A stretch of 60,649 nt of DNA, filler included. It is 4 parts of 4 records of this genome, joined end to end, with 100 filler letters (N's around TTAATTAATTAA, not from the genome) between each part and the next. Parts side by side here need not be neighbours in the genome. Positions count along the whole stretch, not along the records: positions 25,084 to 47,840 come from DRR723986_13858; 3 more parts are not named here. One strand, given 5' to 3'. The translations under genes and the position numbers were made by a program. Under the pieces are notes generated by a model, which saw nothing but the letters and a program-made list of their open reading frames with translations, had not been told where the DNA came from and ran no database searches. Below, in pieces: positions 25,175 to 35,267 of this stretch. Position 1 is the first letter of the stretch. Every line of letters begins with the position of its first letter.

Positions 25175-25930
25175 TTATTCTTTGCTAGCATTGAAGTGTT
25201 TCTTGACAGCCCCGACGACGCTTTCTGCCAAGTAGGCAGATCCCTTGGGGAAGAAATGAACATCCTTGCTGCGTTGGATCTTATCGATTTTTTCTGCGGC
25301 GTGGGCATTGAGATCATGGATCGTCACTCCCGCCTTCCGCATAATTTGCTCCGCGGCTTGGTTGTAACGCTCAACGTCCGCTGGAATCCTGCCTTTGGCA
25401 CCTTCGGGAACAGGCGTTGTATTACACCAAACGAGTTTCGCGTCAGTCCGTTTGAGCGTTTCAACAATCTTGGTTAGGTTCCGACGATATTCGTCCAGCG
25501 GCACTTGCTTGTGGCTGCCTTCGGTACCGAGCGCCACCAACTGAGCTGAATCGCCAACCACGTACTTCAGATCGTGAAGTCCGAAGTTAAAGTGGATCAC
25601 ATCCCAAGGTTTGTCGCCGAGCCACTCCTGTACCTTCGCAGCCCCGGTGCGCGTGGACGAGCAATTGGTCAAAGGCCTGTGCACGTTGGCTTGCCCACTT
25701 AAAGCCTCTCTTACGGCCACCGTATAACCGATCGAAATACTGTCGCCAATCAATAAGACACGTGGTAATCCCGCGACGTCTTCTACTGGCTGCATAGCAG
25801 GATTTTTATTTTTACGGGCACTACGCTCTTTCTGAGCCTTGGATTTTGCCTGCGTTGACTGACCACTGGCGCTGGCCAAAAACAGCGGCCCAACAATAAA
25901 CAGAATTGCCACTTGCTTGATCACACGCAT
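25175..25930 (-). CDS. Secreted SGNH/GDSL hydrolase
   Basis: Signal peptide; LLIGDSIS, FNFGLHD, DVHF blocks. Confidence 0.92.
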   Translation of the reverse strand: MRVIKQVAILFIVGPLFLASASGQSTQAKSKAQKERSARKNKNPAMQPVEDVAGLPRVLLIGDSISIGYTVAVREALSGQANVHRPLTNCSSTRTGAAKVQEWLGDKPWDVIHFNFGLHDLKYVVGDSAQLVALGTEGSHKQVPLDEYRRNLTKIVETLKRTDAKLVWCNTTPVPEGAKGRIPADVERYNQAAEQIMRKAGVTIHDLNAHAAEKIDKIQRSKDVHFFPKGSAYLAESVVGAVKKHFNASKE

Positions 25931-26120
25931 CGCCTCTACCCCGATCTACTGGACACCACTTCGAATCTGCTGGGAATACGATATCTTAACACGACAGGGA
26001 GCAGATCATTGGCCGAGCCGAGCGTGCTCCCGGCGAGTCAGTAGAAAATAGAGAAGAGCGGACAAAACGGCGAGCGTTCGCCAAGTATGCGTTCTGAGAA
26101 ATTGAAATACGAGCAAGACG

Positions 26121-26498
26121 ATGAGTGATCCGACCGTCAAGGGAATTGTCCACGTAATTGAAGATACCAAGACGTACGGTCAGAAGGGTTTCCGCAAGCG
26201 TCTGGTCGTGCTTGAGCAAGACAACGGACGATTTCAGAACTACATCCCCGTTGAATTCATCCAAGACGCGTGCGACTCGGTCGATTCGATGAATGTCGGC
26301 GACGAAGTCGAAGTCACCTACCGACTTGGTGGCCGGAAGTGGCAACGCGATGCATCCAGTGACGTAAAATACTTCTTGAGCTGCGAAGCCCTGCATTTCA
26401 AGGTTGTCGGCGGTGGTGGCGGAGCGGACGCCATTGCAGCAGATGCAAACGACGCCCTCTCTGAAGCAGCCTTCGACGACGACGACATTCCGTTTTAA
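26121..26498 (+). CDS. DUF3127 protein (predicted OB-fold) with SSB-like acidic tail
   Basis: GFRKR..V, IPVEF.QD, VGDEV.V.Y.L.GRKW, YF.S; ends FDDDDIPF. Confidence 0.85.
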   Translation: MSDPTVKGIVHVIEDTKTYGQKGFRKRLVVLEQDNGRFQNYIPVEFIQDACDSVDSMNVGDEVEVTYRLGGRKWQRDASSDVKYFLSCEALHFKVVGGGGGADAIAADANDALSEAAFDDDDIPF

Positions 26499-27487
26499 GC
26501 AACGGCTTGCTCCCAGAACTGCTTTGCTCCAGACTGTAGTCGTGCCCCGACTTGCTCAATCACTTTGTGACAAAGGAAGTTGGCACCGGATGCAGTCTGC
26601 TGCGGCGTAAATCCGTTGGTGATGCCGTACAGGAACGATCCTGCGAACATGTCCCCTGCCCCAGTCAAATCCTTAGGATCTGACGCGACCGCTGGCATGT
26701 GGAATTCTTCTCCGCCGTAACGAACAAATGCTCCGTGAGGCCCATCGGTCACAACGCATGCTGGCACCATTTCGCCAAGCTTCGCAAAAGCCGCCTTGGA
26801 ATCCTCCACGCCGGTTACCGCAACTGATTCCGGCGCATTGCAGAACAGCAGATCACTGCTTGCAAGCGCTTCGCGGAAGACATCCCCAAACACTTCGGGG
26901 ATGAAACCGTCAGAACAAGTCAGTGCGACTTTCGTGCCACACTCTTTGGCCACCTTAATCGCCTCCCGGACCGCATGTTGACCGGTCTCTGGATTGGCAA
27001 ACACATAACCTTCAATGAACAACCACTCGGACGCCTCGATACGCCGCCGATCAACGTGGCGAGCGGCTAGGTTACTGGACACTGCCAAGCAGGTTCGCAT
27101 TGTCCGTTCAGCATCGGGCGTGATGATGGCAAGGCACGTGCCTGTTCGCTCTCCAACCAACACAGGATTGCCCATGTCGATTTTCAGTTGCTCAAATTCT
27201 TCGGCATAGTGCAATCCGTAACGATCATCGCCGACACACCCGATAAACGCCCCGGTCGCCCCGAGTTGAGTCGCAGCAATGATCGAGTTGGCAACCGAAC
27301 CGCCACTGACCAACTGCAGCTCGTGCGATCCATCGTGAAACTTGTCCAACAGCGTTTGCTGCTCATCAAGTTCTACGAGCCGCATGGTGCCTTTTTCGAA
27401 GCCAAGCGAATCGAATGCCGCTTCATCTAGTTCCAAGAAAATATCGACTACTGCGTTGCCTAAACCGCATACGTTAAATTGTTTCAT
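26495..27487 (-). CDS. PfkB-family adenosine kinase
   Basis: GLGNAVVD, GGSVANS, DAERTMRT.L, DLTGAGDMFAG. Confidence 0.9.
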   Translation of the reverse strand: MKQFNVCGLGNAVVDIFLELDEAAFDSLGFEKGTMRLVELDEQQTLLDKFHDGSHELQLVSGGSVANSIIAATQLGATGAFIGCVGDDRYGLHYAEEFEQLKIDMGNPVLVGERTGTCLAIITPDAERTMRTCLAVSSNLAARHVDRRRIEASEWLFIEGYVFANPETGQHAVREAIKVAKECGTKVALTCSDGFIPEVFGDVFREALASSDLLFCNAPESVAVTGVEDSKAAFAKLGEMVPACVVTDGPHGAFVRYGGEEFHMPAVASDPKDLTGAGDMFAGSFLYGITNGFTPQQTASGANFLCHKVIEQVGARLQSGAKQFWEQAVA

Positions 27488-27909
27488 GGGTCGTTTTTTA
27501 TGTTGAAGAAAGGACCGGACTGGAGATCGTAACCCCACGTGCAAGCCCGCGTTTGAGGCCCGGTATCGCAAGCTTCTGGCAGCAGCGCCCTGAGCCTAGC
27601 ACGCTGGAAAAGTGAAGCTTATCTTGAGGCACGAAAATGACCAGTAGCCCAACCACGGGACTGCGGTGTTCGCTGGGCCGCTTCCACGCAATTGCGTTTC
27701 GCTTGGAATCACTTTACCGCGGGTTAAGCCGTCTATCTAAACAGCAGGACATCTTGACGGTGGTTGATCGCTAGCAGTTCATGATCCACACAGTTGCTTG
27801 CCGTCGGCAGCGGCTACTGCTAGGGTAGGTCCTGACCGGTCCGCTCGCCCCGCCGCACCCGATGCCGTTCTTTAGAACCAACCGCTCAACCCCCACCGGA
27901 TTCAGGTGA

Positions 27910-29856
27910 ATGCAACAGTTCGACCCCTCTCCGCTCAAAATCAGCGACCGCATCACCTGCCTTCCAGTTGTGCATGGCAGCGGCGACTGCGCAATGGCGG
28001 TCCGGCGGTGGCTGCTCGAGCATCCGTGTGATTGCATTGCCGTAGAGTTGCCCGAATCTTTCAAGGATGCAGTCTTGGCGGGCGTGGAACAACTGCCTAC
28101 GCCCAGCATGATTATCCAACCGGCGGCCCCAGACTTCGAAGCCCAACTTCAGGAGGAGCAGTGGCAGCCCGAGGATCAGGACGACGAATCAGAGGAAGAC
28201 ATACCTACGTGCAGTTATGTTCCGATTGATCCCTGCCAACCGATCATTATGGCGCTGCGCGTCGCTCTGGGTGAACACTGGAAGATCGAGTTTTGCGATC
28301 TAGAGACGGCACAGTTTGAACCAATCGCCGCCGCGATGCCTGATCCCTATGCACTCAAAACGGTGCCGATCGAGAAATTCGCCACGGCCATCCTTCCCAG
28401 TATTCCGCGGCCATTCAACCAACAAGCAAAGCAGCGCATCGCCTACATGGCTCATCGTCTCGTCGAGCTTGAGAAAAAACACGAGCACATCGTCGTGCTA
28501 TGTAGCATTCTATCGTGGCCATGGTTACACGAAGCTTACCAGGCCGTCACGGGCAACAAACCGACCGAACAATCGCCTGATTCACGAGAATCATTCGTCG
28601 TGCCGGAAGGCGATGATGTCCAGCCGCCAGAGTCCTTTGCCGTAAACCCAAATTCACTCACGTTTCTATTCGGCGAATTGCCTTACATCACGGGCCTTTA
28701 TGAACAGGCACGCATGCAGCTTGAGGACGACACCAACCTTTCCATCGATGGCGTCAAACAATTATTGATGTCGGCTCGATCCAGCTACCTGCTCGATTTG
28801 GGCAAACGAGCCCGCAAGGTCACACCGCTGCTGTTGATGCAATGTCTCAAGTACACGCGGAATCTGTCGATCCTGGAACACAGGATGACGCCCGACTTGT
28901 ACACGATCGCGACGAGTGCACAACAAATTCTTGGTGACCAGTTCGCGGTTCATGCAATTGATACAGCTCGCAACTACCCCTTCTACGACGAAACCGCCCC
29001 GGAAAGTGTGACACTCGGAATCGATCAAGCTCGTCTGCCAAACGGCGATACAGTTAGCATTGTGAGCCGCCTGCCCGGCCAACCAGTATCCTGGCGGACG
29101 CTTGAATTGAAACGGAAGCCCACAAAGATCGAGCGTGAAAAATGGGAGATGCAGTGGAACCCCATGTCACAGTGCTCGTGGCCGCCGGAAGATAACGTCA
29201 TCGAGAGTTTCCGAACTCGCGTGATGGACCGTGCCAAGGCGATTATTGGTGCCGATCTGGCTCGCAGCGAAAAGTTCTCCAGCAGCATCAAAGACGGCAT
29301 CGACATCCGCGAAACGTTGCGTCACTGGTACGACGGTGACATTTACGTCAAGGTCATGCCACCAAGCATCGGCAAACTAGATTGCTGCATCATGCTGTTT
29401 GACACTCCTGCCGACCCACGAGAGTACACTTGGCGAGCAACGTGGTTTGCTGAACACGAAGAAGAATCGACGCTCTCCTTCTTTGCCACCGACTTCAAGA
29501 AGGAAATGGTTGGCCCGGGAATCGGCATGGCGACGTACGGCGGTGCAATGTTCCTGTTTCCGCCCGTCAATATTCGCAACATCTGGAGCGACCCGAATCT
29601 CGACTTTGCCGATTCACTGGAAGACCGTCTGGTGGCCGCAGCTTGCTTGCACGCCCGCGAACGGCAAATCGCATTTCTGAGCGCCAAACCGCCAACGGCC
29701 GCATTTCGTAATTTCGCCCGGCGCAGCCACAAGAACTTGGTTCACATTCCACTGAGCCACTTCAATGACGCAATGGTACAACAACTGCGGATGGTGCACG
29801 TTCTCAACGGCAATCAAGTCCGCTCGTTTGCTGAGCAGTTCATCCGAAAAGCCTAA
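27910..29856 (+). CDS. Hypothetical protein, 648 aa; N-terminus TraB/EreA/DUF5682-like
   Basis: Long ORF; LPVVHGS...CIAVELP and RIAYMA.RL...IVVLC segments; fold call is inference. Confidence 0.7.
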   Translation: MQQFDPSPLKISDRITCLPVVHGSGDCAMAVRRWLLEHPCDCIAVELPESFKDAVLAGVEQLPTPSMIIQPAAPDFEAQLQEEQWQPEDQDDESEEDIPTCSYVPIDPCQPIIMALRVALGEHWKIEFCDLETAQFEPIAAAMPDPYALKTVPIEKFATAILPSIPRPFNQQAKQRIAYMAHRLVELEKKHEHIVVLCSILSWPWLHEAYQAVTGNKPTEQSPDSRESFVVPEGDDVQPPESFAVNPNSLTFLFGELPYITGLYEQARMQLEDDTNLSIDGVKQLLMSARSSYLLDLGKRARKVTPLLLMQCLKYTRNLSILEHRMTPDLYTIATSAQQILGDQFAVHAIDTARNYPFYDETAPESVTLGIDQARLPNGDTVSIVSRLPGQPVSWRTLELKRKPTKIEREKWEMQWNPMSQCSWPPEDNVIESFRTRVMDRAKAIIGADLARSEKFSSSIKDGIDIRETLRHWYDGDIYVKVMPPSIGKLDCCIMLFDTPADPREYTWRATWFAEHEEESTLSFFATDFKKEMVGPGIGMATYGGAMFLFPPVNIRNIWSDPNLDFADSLEDRLVAAACLHARERQIAFLSAKPPTAAFRNFARRSHKNLVHIPLSHFNDAMVQQLRMVHVLNGNQVRSFAEQFIRKA

Positions 29857-29870
29857 CACAGAGACACACT

Positions 29871-30899
29871 ATGGATCGCCGACATGCTATTTTCACCGGA
29901 GCTGGGGCTTCTGCTAGCCTCATGGCACTGACTCAACCAGCTTCTGCTCAGCGTGCTTCCGGGCAAACCTCTACTGAAACTGCCACAGCGAAGATCAAGC
30001 GCGACACAGTGCTCACGGGGTCGACTTTCATCGCTACGTGGCCCTTCGGTCTGGCCTCCTGCACCAAGTCGCTTGAGGTCCTCAAGCAACGCCAGAATCT
30101 TCGTGATGCAGTAGAGCTGGGGATCCATGTCACTGAGCTCGATGAGAAAAACAGCTCGGTGGGTGTCGGCGGCCTGCCCAACGCGGAAGGTGTCGTTCAG
30201 CTCGACGCTTGCTTCATGGATGGCAAGAATCAACAAGCTGGCGCTGTCTGCGCGATCGAAGACTACGCGAACCCGATTTCCGTCGCCCGACGCGTCATGG
30301 AACAGACCGATCACGTGATGCTGGCGGGGCAGGATGCAGCGAAATTTGCGAATGCACAAGGTTTCACCAAGACCGAGTTGTTGACCGCCAATGCAAAGAA
30401 AGCCTGGCAAAAATGGAAAGCCGAGCAATCCAACAAGCCCAACATCGAACAATCTCATGACACCATCGCGCTCGTTGGGCTGACCCCAGACGCCTCGGGT
30501 AGCAACAACGCGCTTGTGGGCGGTTGTTCTACCAGTGGCAGAGCCTACAAACTCCCTGGGCGTGTCGGCGATAGCCCCATCCTCGGCAGCGGTCTCTACG
30601 TTGACTCGTCCGCCGGCGGTGCAGGTGCGACTGGGATTGGCGAGAACGTCATGCGCTACTGCAGTAGCTTTCTGATTGTTGAATTCATGAGATCTGGATT
30701 GACCCCGACGCAAGCCTGCGAAAAAGCCATTCGCCGGGTTGTTCAAGGTGATGGTCGCCCTGCCTCGGAACTGCACATCAATTTTATTGCCATTCGTTCT
30801 GACGGAATGGTAGGCGCGGCAGGCACCGATCCAGAGTTCAAGATGGCAGTCGCCAACGACAACATACAGGGTATTCTCGAACCGCTTCTCGTCAAATGA
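29871..30899 (+). CDS. Glycosylasparaginase (Ntn hydrolase, Asparaginase_2) with twin-arginine-like leader
   Basis: SVGVGGLPN..G.VQLDACFMD, autoproteolysis site HD/TIA, GRVGDSP, ATG.GE; N-terminal MDRRHAIF...ASA. Confidence 0.9.
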   Translation: MDRRHAIFTGAGASASLMALTQPASAQRASGQTSTETATAKIKRDTVLTGSTFIATWPFGLASCTKSLEVLKQRQNLRDAVELGIHVTELDEKNSSVGVGGLPNAEGVVQLDACFMDGKNQQAGAVCAIEDYANPISVARRVMEQTDHVMLAGQDAAKFANAQGFTKTELLTANAKKAWQKWKAEQSNKPNIEQSHDTIALVGLTPDASGSNNALVGGCSTSGRAYKLPGRVGDSPILGSGLYVDSSAGGAGATGIGENVMRYCSSFLIVEFMRSGLTPTQACEKAIRRVVQGDGRPASELHINFIAIRSDGMVGAAGTDPEFKMAVANDNIQGILEPLLVK

Positions 30900-32083
30900 C
30901 CACTGAATTACCACAAGTATCGCCAATCCAGAAGGCTCTTGATTCTCTAGCGCGTCGCGTCCGACCTGTTGAGACCGAATTCATTCATCCCTCCGAAGCC
31001 GCTGGCCGAATTATCGGATCTGCACTATGTGCGGACCGGGATTCTCCGGCCCTGGATGTTTCTGCGATGGATGGCTACGCGGTTCGCCTGGCGGACTGCA
31101 GCACTTTGAAGTTGCCGGTGGCTGGCACCATTGCGGCTGGCCACGAACCAACATCACTTCCTGAAGGTCAGTGCATTCGTGTGTTCACTGGGGCGGGAGT
31201 TCCTGCAGGCGCGGACTGTGTCGTGCCACGCGAACAAACGGACGAGTTTGGCGATAGTGTCACCCTGCACGGTCCTCCCAAACTGGGGCAGCACATCCGT
31301 CGGCGTGGTGAGAATTCGCGCTTGGGAGATCATGTTTTGGAAGCTGGCTCAGTTATCCACGAAGCGGCTGCTGGGGCTCTGGCCAGCTTCTCACCGACGC
31401 AACTGAGCGTATTCAACAAAGTCCGCGTCACCGTTTTAAACACTGGTGACGAGATTAAGCAGATGGCCCAACCTGTCAAACCATGGGAAATCCGCGATTC
31501 GAACGGCCCCACTTTGGAAACTTGGTTATCCAAGCTCGGGTGGGCTCACTTGGTGCAACGGCGTACGGTACGAGACACGCTGGTGGACGTTGAGCAAGCA
31601 ATTAGCGAGTCTCTATCGAACTCGGATGCCGTCATTCTCACTGGTGGTGTCTCAATGGGCGATGCCGACTACGTACCGGACGCGGTAGTTAAACTTGGCG
31701 GCGACGTGGCATTTCACCGACTACCGATTCGACCAGGCAAACCGGTCTTTGGCGCTTCGATCGACCAAAAACCGATCATAGGTCTGCCTGGTAATCCCGT
31801 TAGCGTTGCAGTAACGGCTCGCGTTATTGCCCAACCTATACTTGAATTGATGGGCGGCAGGCGAATGCCAACTCGGTATGCCCAAGTGGAGCTTGCGGGC
31901 TCGGATGACCGAACCCTAAAACTCTATTGGCACCGCCTAGTTACGATCAATTCACAGTCCAAGCTCGTCCTAACAGAGGGCAAGGGCTCGGGCGACCTGG
32001 TCGCGTTGGCGCAGAGCAGTGGTTTCGTGATCGTTCCGCCGGGAGCCAGTGGTCCAGGTCCGTGGACATACGTCCCTTGGTAG
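30896..32083 (+). CDS. moeA: Molybdopterin molybdotransferase
   Basis: SAMDGYA, TGDE, DSNGP, TGGVSMGDAD, RPGKP, GLPGNPVS. Confidence 0.93.
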   Translation: MTTELPQVSPIQKALDSLARRVRPVETEFIHPSEAAGRIIGSALCADRDSPALDVSAMDGYAVRLADCSTLKLPVAGTIAAGHEPTSLPEGQCIRVFTGAGVPAGADCVVPREQTDEFGDSVTLHGPPKLGQHIRRRGENSRLGDHVLEAGSVIHEAAAGALASFSPTQLSVFNKVRVTVLNTGDEIKQMAQPVKPWEIRDSNGPTLETWLSKLGWAHLVQRRTVRDTLVDVEQAISESLSNSDAVILTGGVSMGDADYVPDAVVKLGGDVAFHRLPIRPGKPVFGASIDQKPIIGLPGNPVSVAVTARVIAQPILELMGGRRMPTRYAQVELAGSDDRTLKLYWHRLVTINSQSKLVLTEGKGSGDLVALAQSSGFVIVPPGASGPGPWTYVPW

Positions 32084-32106
32084 TCGCGCCGGTGCGTTAG
32101 AACCAG

Positions 32107-34404
32107 CTAGCGTTTCTTGCGTCCTTTGGGCTTCTTGGCTTTCGATTTTGGCCCCTTCTTGCTTGGCTTGGAATTCCCGCGTCGGCCCTTGCCGCCTTCG
32201 CCCGCTTTGGACCGCGGCGAAGATGCCCGGGGGGATTTCCGACGAGCGGTTGTGCCGTCGAGCAGGAGGATCAGCTCGCGACGTGCCAAATCGACTTCAG
32301 CAATCTTGACCGTTACGGTGTCACCCAGACGAAAACTATTGCCATCTCTGAAACCACTCAGCACTTGCCCACGTCGCTCGAAACGATAACGATCCGTGGG
32401 CAGTGATTGCACACGCACGAAGCCTTCTGCGGGAAACTTGGTGCCTCGCACGAAGAAACCTTCGGGAGTAACACCACTGATGACACCAGGCATCACCTCG
32501 CCAATCTTCTTGTTGAGAAAATGCAGGAGCTTGACCCGGATCACTTCGCGCTCGGCCCACTCAGCATTCTGCTCTTTGTCGCTGCAGTGATGACCAAGTG
32601 TTATTAATACTGGGACAGGATCTCCAGCCGGAGTCTGTTGGTCGATCAATCGCTGCACAGTTCGGTGCACCTGCAAATCAGGGTATCGCCGAATCGGACT
32701 GGTGAAGTGGCAATAGTTGTCGAATTGAAGTGCATAGTGCATTTCTTCTTCAGGCTGGTAGATAGCCTTGGTCATCGACTTCAGAATTGCGTAGTTGACC
32801 GCATACTCAGTCGGTTTGCCACGCACTTCTTTGACAACCCGTTGCACCTCAAAGCGACTCTCCATGCTCTCGCATTTGATTCCAAGGTCACGCATGAAAT
32901 CGTTGAGCTTCTTGAGCTTTCGCTTCTCAGGCGGGGCGTGGACACGTCGGAGGAACGGAACACCCAGATCTGTCAGCCAGCGAGCCACCGAGGTGTTGGC
33001 AGCCAGCATAAATTCTTCAATGATCTGGTGACTTTCGGTATGCTCGACGATCAATGCCCCTTTCACTTTGCCAAGCTTGTCGAGCTGAATCTTGACTTCA
33101 GGCAGGTGTAGTTCGAGCGCCCCATCTTCAACTCGCCGAGCACGCAACTCCATCGCAAGCTCGTGCATATCGGAGAGCAATTGCCAAATCTGAGGCTCAA
33201 GCTTTTCTTTCCAAGGCTCACGATCCTTCAGGAACGCGTCAACCTGTTCGTATGTGAGACGTTTGTCATTGTGTATGGCAGAGTTGAACACTTCTTGGTG
33301 AACAACCGTCCCTTCGGGCGTCATTTCAATGAATACCGTCTTCGTCATCCGTACTTTGCCGGGCTGCAGACTGGCGAGGTGATTGCTAATCTGTTCCGGG
33401 AGCATCGGAATGACTCGATCGGGTAGATAGACGCTGGTCGCTCGTTCGCGTGCCTCGTCATCAAGGGCTGACCCTACTTCGACGAAGTGTGCTACGTCTG
33501 CAATGTGAACCTGGAGTTCCCAATTGCCCTTCTCGTTTTTGCACAACGAAATTGCATCGTCAAAATCCCGTGCATCAAGCGGGTCGATGGTCAACGTAGG
33601 AGTCTGGGTGAGGTCCTTTCGACCATCCGGAATCTTTACTTCGGTGAACTCGTCCGAGACCTTCCGTGCCGCCTCGATAGTGGCCGCTTCAAACTCATCT
33701 TTTAATGCAAACTGATGCATCACCGCGAGTGTATCAACGGCAGGGTTCTTGCTGCTTCCTAGGATCTCTAGGATGATCCCTTCGCCGGCAGAGACGTCGT
33801 CTGCGAACTTTACGATCTCGACAACGACCTTGTCGCCACGCTCAACTGGAAGCCCGCGAACATCCCCAACGGACACAGGTGCATCGGTCTTCACACCGTC
33901 GAGCCAGACGACGTGTTCGCCACCAACGACGTCGTAGGACCCAGCAAATTGTCGCCGAGCTCGCTCAAGCACCTCGACAACATGACCTTCTTGCCCAGAA
34001 CCACGACGGCTCCGCTGCAGTCGAACTTGGACCAGATCTCCCTCCATGGCCGAGCCAGTAGCACCAGGCGGTACGAAGATGTCCTCCACAACGCCTAATC
34101 TGCCAGTTGGGACCGGGCGAACAAAACCGAAACCGCCAGAGGACTGCCGAAACGTTCCTCGCGTTGTCTTCGGATCGCCAACCATCATCTCGGGTGGAAC
34201 GACCAAGTGGTTTCCGCCATAAGCAAGCTGCCCAAGCTGAACCATTCGCTTGATTGCCATGCGGACAGCCGGGTATTCAAATTCTTCTGACTCAATCGCT
34301 TGATGAATCAGTTTCGGCTTCACAGGCCGATAATTGGGGTGATAGACAACATCCAAAATGTGTTGCCTGAGTTTTGGATCAATTTTGTTTTCAATTTCCG
34401 ACAC
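32107..34404 (-). CDS. rnr: Ribonuclease R
   Basis: TIDPLDARDFDDAIS, HFTSPIRRYPDL, S1 domain, Lys/Arg tail. Confidence 0.95.
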   Translation of the reverse strand: MSEIENKIDPKLRQHILDVVYHPNYRPVKPKLIHQAIESEEFEYPAVRMAIKRMVQLGQLAYGGNHLVVPPEMMVGDPKTTRGTFRQSSGGFGFVRPVPTGRLGVVEDIFVPPGATGSAMEGDLVQVRLQRSRRGSGQEGHVVEVLERARRQFAGSYDVVGGEHVVWLDGVKTDAPVSVGDVRGLPVERGDKVVVEIVKFADDVSAGEGIILEILGSSKNPAVDTLAVMHQFALKDEFEAATIEAARKVSDEFTEVKIPDGRKDLTQTPTLTIDPLDARDFDDAISLCKNEKGNWELQVHIADVAHFVEVGSALDDEARERATSVYLPDRVIPMLPEQISNHLASLQPGKVRMTKTVFIEMTPEGTVVHQEVFNSAIHNDKRLTYEQVDAFLKDREPWKEKLEPQIWQLLSDMHELAMELRARRVEDGALELHLPEVKIQLDKLGKVKGALIVEHTESHQIIEEFMLAANTSVARWLTDLGVPFLRRVHAPPEKRKLKKLNDFMRDLGIKCESMESRFEVQRVVKEVRGKPTEYAVNYAILKSMTKAIYQPEEEMHYALQFDNYCHFTSPIRRYPDLQVHRTVQRLIDQQTPAGDPVPVLITLGHHCSDKEQNAEWAEREVIRVKLLHFLNKKIGEVMPGVISGVTPEGFFVRGTKFPAEGFVRVQSLPTDRYRFERRGQVLSGFRDGNSFRLGDTVTVKIAEVDLARRELILLLDGTTARRKSPRASSPRSKAGEGGKGRRGNSKPSKKGPKSKAKKPKGRKKR

Positions 34405-34854
34405 GAATTACTTTTCTTCTTGATTATCTGATACTGAGCCCATCACAGGGGCTCGATGAATTCTTTGCAAACATTGCCTCGATGGCGTTGCGGATTGTGT
34501 TTTCAGCTCGCTTTGAGGTGCCCATGGTAAACGAGCGCTGGATCTTTGGGGTGAATTTTGCACTTTGCGAACATATTTCCAGCCTGGACGACTAGAAAAG
34601 CACTTCATCATCCGCCCATCATCGAAGCGCTGTCCATAGCTTGTCAAAGCTATTCGTTTCGCGCCGATGTGTTGAATTTTCCGCGCTGATGCCCAGGGTT
34701 AGTTGATAAGCGCAACTCTCTATCTTGAGCATTGAGTTATAATGCGAAGGATCGTTCTGCCTCTTTGTTGATTGCGACTGCGTAAAAACGCGTCCGAGGC
34801 AGTTACTCCCATTCTAGAGCAGTCGATTTCATTACGCTTTGCGAACAGTGTCTC

Positions 34855-35247
34855 ATGGATAAAAGTGCACAGGATTCCTCAACAAAACGCATCCTGCTCG
34901 TTGACGACGACAATGAGATCATCGAATCGATGCGATATGCGTTGGAGTCCAATGGCTATGAAGTGGCCATTGCCAGAGATGGCAATCAAGGACTCGCACT
35001 TGCCGAAACGACAAACCCGGACCTGCTGATTCTCGACATGATGATGCCTAAACGCAGCGGATTCCTGGTGCTAGAACAACTCCGCCGTGAGGGGAGCATG
35101 CAGGTGATTATGATCACCGGTAATGAAGGAAACCGTCACCAGCAGTATGCAGAATTGCTTGGTGTAGATGATTACATCCGCAAGCCATTCCCAATGGAAC
35201 GCTTGCTCGAAAGTGTAAGACGCCTTCTTGGCGAGTCTGGTTCATAG
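34855..35247 (+). CDS. Single-domain response regulator
   Basis: ILLVDDD, LILDMMMP, MITG, IRKPF. Confidence 0.93.
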   Translation: MDKSAQDSSTKRILLVDDDNEIIESMRYALESNGYEVAIARDGNQGLALAETTNPDLLILDMMMPKRSGFLVLEQLRREGSMQVIMITGNEGNRHQQYAELLGVDDYIRKPFPMERLLESVRRLLGESGS

Positions 35248-35267
35248 TTTTCTGAAATATTTGCGCC

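Noticed and set aside
29853-30926. 357-aa ORF antisense to the glycosylasparaginase
   Set aside because: Fully overlaps a well-supported gene and has no motifs.
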